A program made the position numbers and the translations under genes. Shown piece after piece: positions 61,436 to 64,000 of a DNA stretch of 64,000 nt (the stretch's first letter is position 1; every line of letters begins with the position of its first letter). Source of the DNA: Flaccisagitta enflata (lineage: Eukaryota); contig OZ231126.1 of assembly GCA_965153355.1 (NCBI GenBank), positions 8,680,001-8,744,000 on the forward strand. The letters are read 5' to 3'. Under the pieces are notes generated by a model, which worked only from the letters and a program-made list of their open reading frames with translations, had not been told where the DNA came from and did not search any database.

Positions 61436-61977
61436 ACGGGTGGACTTTTAAAAGGTAGCTTTTAATTGTTTTGATATCACCTTTAAAATTTCTCCTAAGT
61501 AGAAAATTTTTTTTTAGTTATCTAGATATGATCGTGGCGTTCATATTCCATTATGGCCATTCTTTATGAAGATCAATATTTTTCAAGTTACCCTAAAAAA
61601 ACTGAATTGAATTAGGGACCACTTTAGAAATTTTGCTTTGATTTGACAAAAAACAATGTTTTTACCACAGTTTACTTTTGAATCACTATAGTTGATTAAA
61701 TGTAGGTTTTAGGAAAGTATAAACACCAACATTTTTAAAATAAAAAACCAAATGCATAACCAAAACACCAGTATTAACCAATCATCGTTTTTTGTTATTA
61801 ATAGGCAGTAATGCTCAGAAACAAAGTTTTGGTTGACCAAACAAAATTTGAATTTGTACATTATAATCATATACACCTCTTAAAAGACTCCTTTATTTTG
61901 AATGATCACAAAATAAGCAATAAAGAACAGTTTTTATATTATTGAGATAAAGAGCTACCTTTTTTATGTCCACCCGG
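61436..61977. mobile_element. TA-flanked MITE (CCGGGTGGAC-type termini)
   Basis: TA|ACGGGTGGACTTTTAAAAGGTAGCT ... AGCTACCTTTTTTATGTCCACCCGG|TA. Confidence 0.7.
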
Positions 61978-62179
61978 TATATATGCTTAGTTGCCATTAT
62001 ACTTTTCAGTCGCGCAGCGTGCTGCGGAACTGAAAGATCCACTTTTTTGTCCGTCGACCATATTTGTCAATTTTGCGCGTTATTCTCGTACCCGCTTCTA
62101 CTTTTGTGCTTGACTGGCCTCCTTGGGTCATCATGTATCCAGCCTTATTAAACTTTTGCTTGGGTAAACAATAGTAGAC

Positions 62180-62640
62180 AATGACTATGGCATTAATAAT
62201 GGCAATGACGATGGCGATGGCATCTACTGTGGTTATGGCAATGTTATGGCAATGCTATGGCAATGTTATAACTAATTGCTATGTTAATTGCAACAGCCAT
62301 AGCAACAGCAATGGCAATGGCAATAATGACAATGACCAAGGCAATGACCATGATAATGACGATGAAAATGGCATTGACAAATATAATGCAATGACAATGA
62401 GGATACACAAAGGCAACGACAATGACAAAGCCAATCCCCATGCTACTGACAATGAAAATGGCATTTACAAAGATAATGCAATGACAATGACGATACACAA
62501 AGGCAACGACAATGGCAAAGGCAATGAGCATGCTAATGACGATGAAAATGGCATTGACAAAGATAATGCAATGACAATGACGATACACAATGGCAACGAC
62601 AATGACAAGAACCACGGTAATGCCTAATGGTACTGACAAT
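62180..62640. repeat. (GRCAAT)n-derived repeat with 90-bp higher-order unit
   Basis: Three 90-bp units, each starting ...ATGAAAATGGCATT.ACAAA. Confidence 0.8.
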
Positions 62641-63259
62641 GAGGGGGCGTTTCTAGTCACAGGCAATTGCGTTTTTAGTCGCGTGCACGCGACTCTACAA
62701 CCCGCTTTGTCCGTCGGTCGGTCGTTTGGTCCGTCACGTTTTACTTTTTTCAAGATTTTACTTTTTTTACCCCACTGCTCCTGCCCAAATGCTCTAATGA
62801 CCTCAAATATGGCCTCTGCCCATCCGTAGGGTGCCCACTCACTGCCTCGTGGGATAGTTGAATTCATGAATATGTGCTCATGCTGTAAACGCGTTTAATG
62901 GGAACTAACGGGTTTTTGTCTTCACTAGAAACACGCCCTAAATGTGGCAATGGCAAAGCTTCGATTAAGTTGTGATGCGTAGGAGTCGGAACAAGGCCAA
63001 CACCTTACAGTCGCGTGCGGTTGTTAAGACTATTAGACCGAAAGCCTAAAAGACCAAAAGACTAAGAGACTAAATGTAAATTGACTTAAATTGATTTTGA
63101 ATAACTTTAAATGACTTTTAATGACTTAAAATGGTGTAAAAGGGCGAAAAAAAGCAAAGTGTTACCGACAGACTGACCGACCGACCGACGGACTGAATGG
63201 GTTGTAGAGTCGCGTGCACGCGACTAAAAAGAGGGTCTTTAAGAAAAATCCCTCGAAAG

Positions 63260-63480
63260 CTGGTCGAAATGTGGCCGTTATACGGGCTAAATCTGGCCGA
63301 AATGTAGCCGTTATACGCGCTAAATCTGGCCGAAATGTGGCCGTTATACGGGCTAAATCTGGCCGAAATGTGGCCGTTATACGCGCTAAATCTGGCCATA
63401 ATGTGGCCGTTATACGGGCTAAATCTGGCCGAAATGTGGCCGTTATACGCGCTAAATCTGGCCGAAATGTGGTCGTTATC
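63260..63480. repeat. 33-bp tandem array with strict A/B alternation (66-bp dimer)
   Basis: TCTGGCCGAAATGTGGCCGTTATACG[G/C]GCTAAA about 6.5 times, with the variant base alternating G,C,G,C,G,C. Confidence 0.95.
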
Positions 63481-64000
63481 ATACATGAGAAATCAGCGCA
63501 TGCGTAGAAGAGAAAAGTGTCTTTTAAATCACTTTGTACGCCACTCACCGGGCATGAGTGGGAGGAAATCCACCGGAGGTACATGACGAAGAGGAAGAGG
63601 AGGAGGAAGAGGAAGAAGAGGAGGAGGAGGAGGGAAGGAGAGAATCGTGCATGGAACTGGAAGCAACTGAACTCTGAAGATATTAACGAAAAGATGGGGT
63701 AGAAGTAGTTAAGCCGAAAAAAGAAATGATGACGATGACGATAATGATGATGACGATGACGATGACGATGGCTATGACGACGACGCTAAAAAAAAAACAG
63801 GAGGAACAGGTGAAACAGAAGAAAGTTATATTGATACTGATGAAATCGTGAATCAATCGTGCGATAAAAAAAATGCATTTTATTTTGTCATCATTATATG
63901 ATAATTGATATTATGTAATGAGAGTATGAAATCGATGTTTCAATTAGACGGAGGGACGGACGGACAAAGGCTCTTATAGAGCTGCGTGTCCGCAACTACT

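Overview
Very repeat-dense eukaryotic DNA, probably intergenic or intronic sequence from an invertebrate animal (inference). I can support no intact host gene, rRNA, true tRNA or CRISPR array, and almost all listed ORFs are translations of microsatellites or minisatellites. Three stretches are recognisably protein-coding and all derive from transposable elements. (1) A stop-free, 5'-truncated non-LTR retrotransposon of the restriction-like-endonuclease (RLE) type, R4/Dong-like, at 17029-18154 (-), sitting inside a (GA)n microsatellite. (2) A decayed LINE RT C-terminus at about 3421-3945. (3) A decayed DDE-transposase C-terminus at about 4485-4890, inside a 3.3-kb long-TIR element. The rest consists of five families of short Helentron-like (HINE/DINE-1-type) non-autonomous elements, many MITEs with readable TSDs (TA, 8-bp hAT-type, 4-bp), three multi-kb fold-back elements with nested cargo at their centres, and very long simple repeats. 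The most interesting signals are the apparent (TC)n/(GA)n targeting of the RLE element, a conserved palindromic site with a 13-bp spacer shared by MITEs with different termini, tRNA-like promoter boxes within the arms of a 2.9-kb fold-back element, and a 3.1-kb hAT-type insertion that splits a HINE with a perfect 8-bp TSD. All coordinates were read by eye, and no database searches were run.
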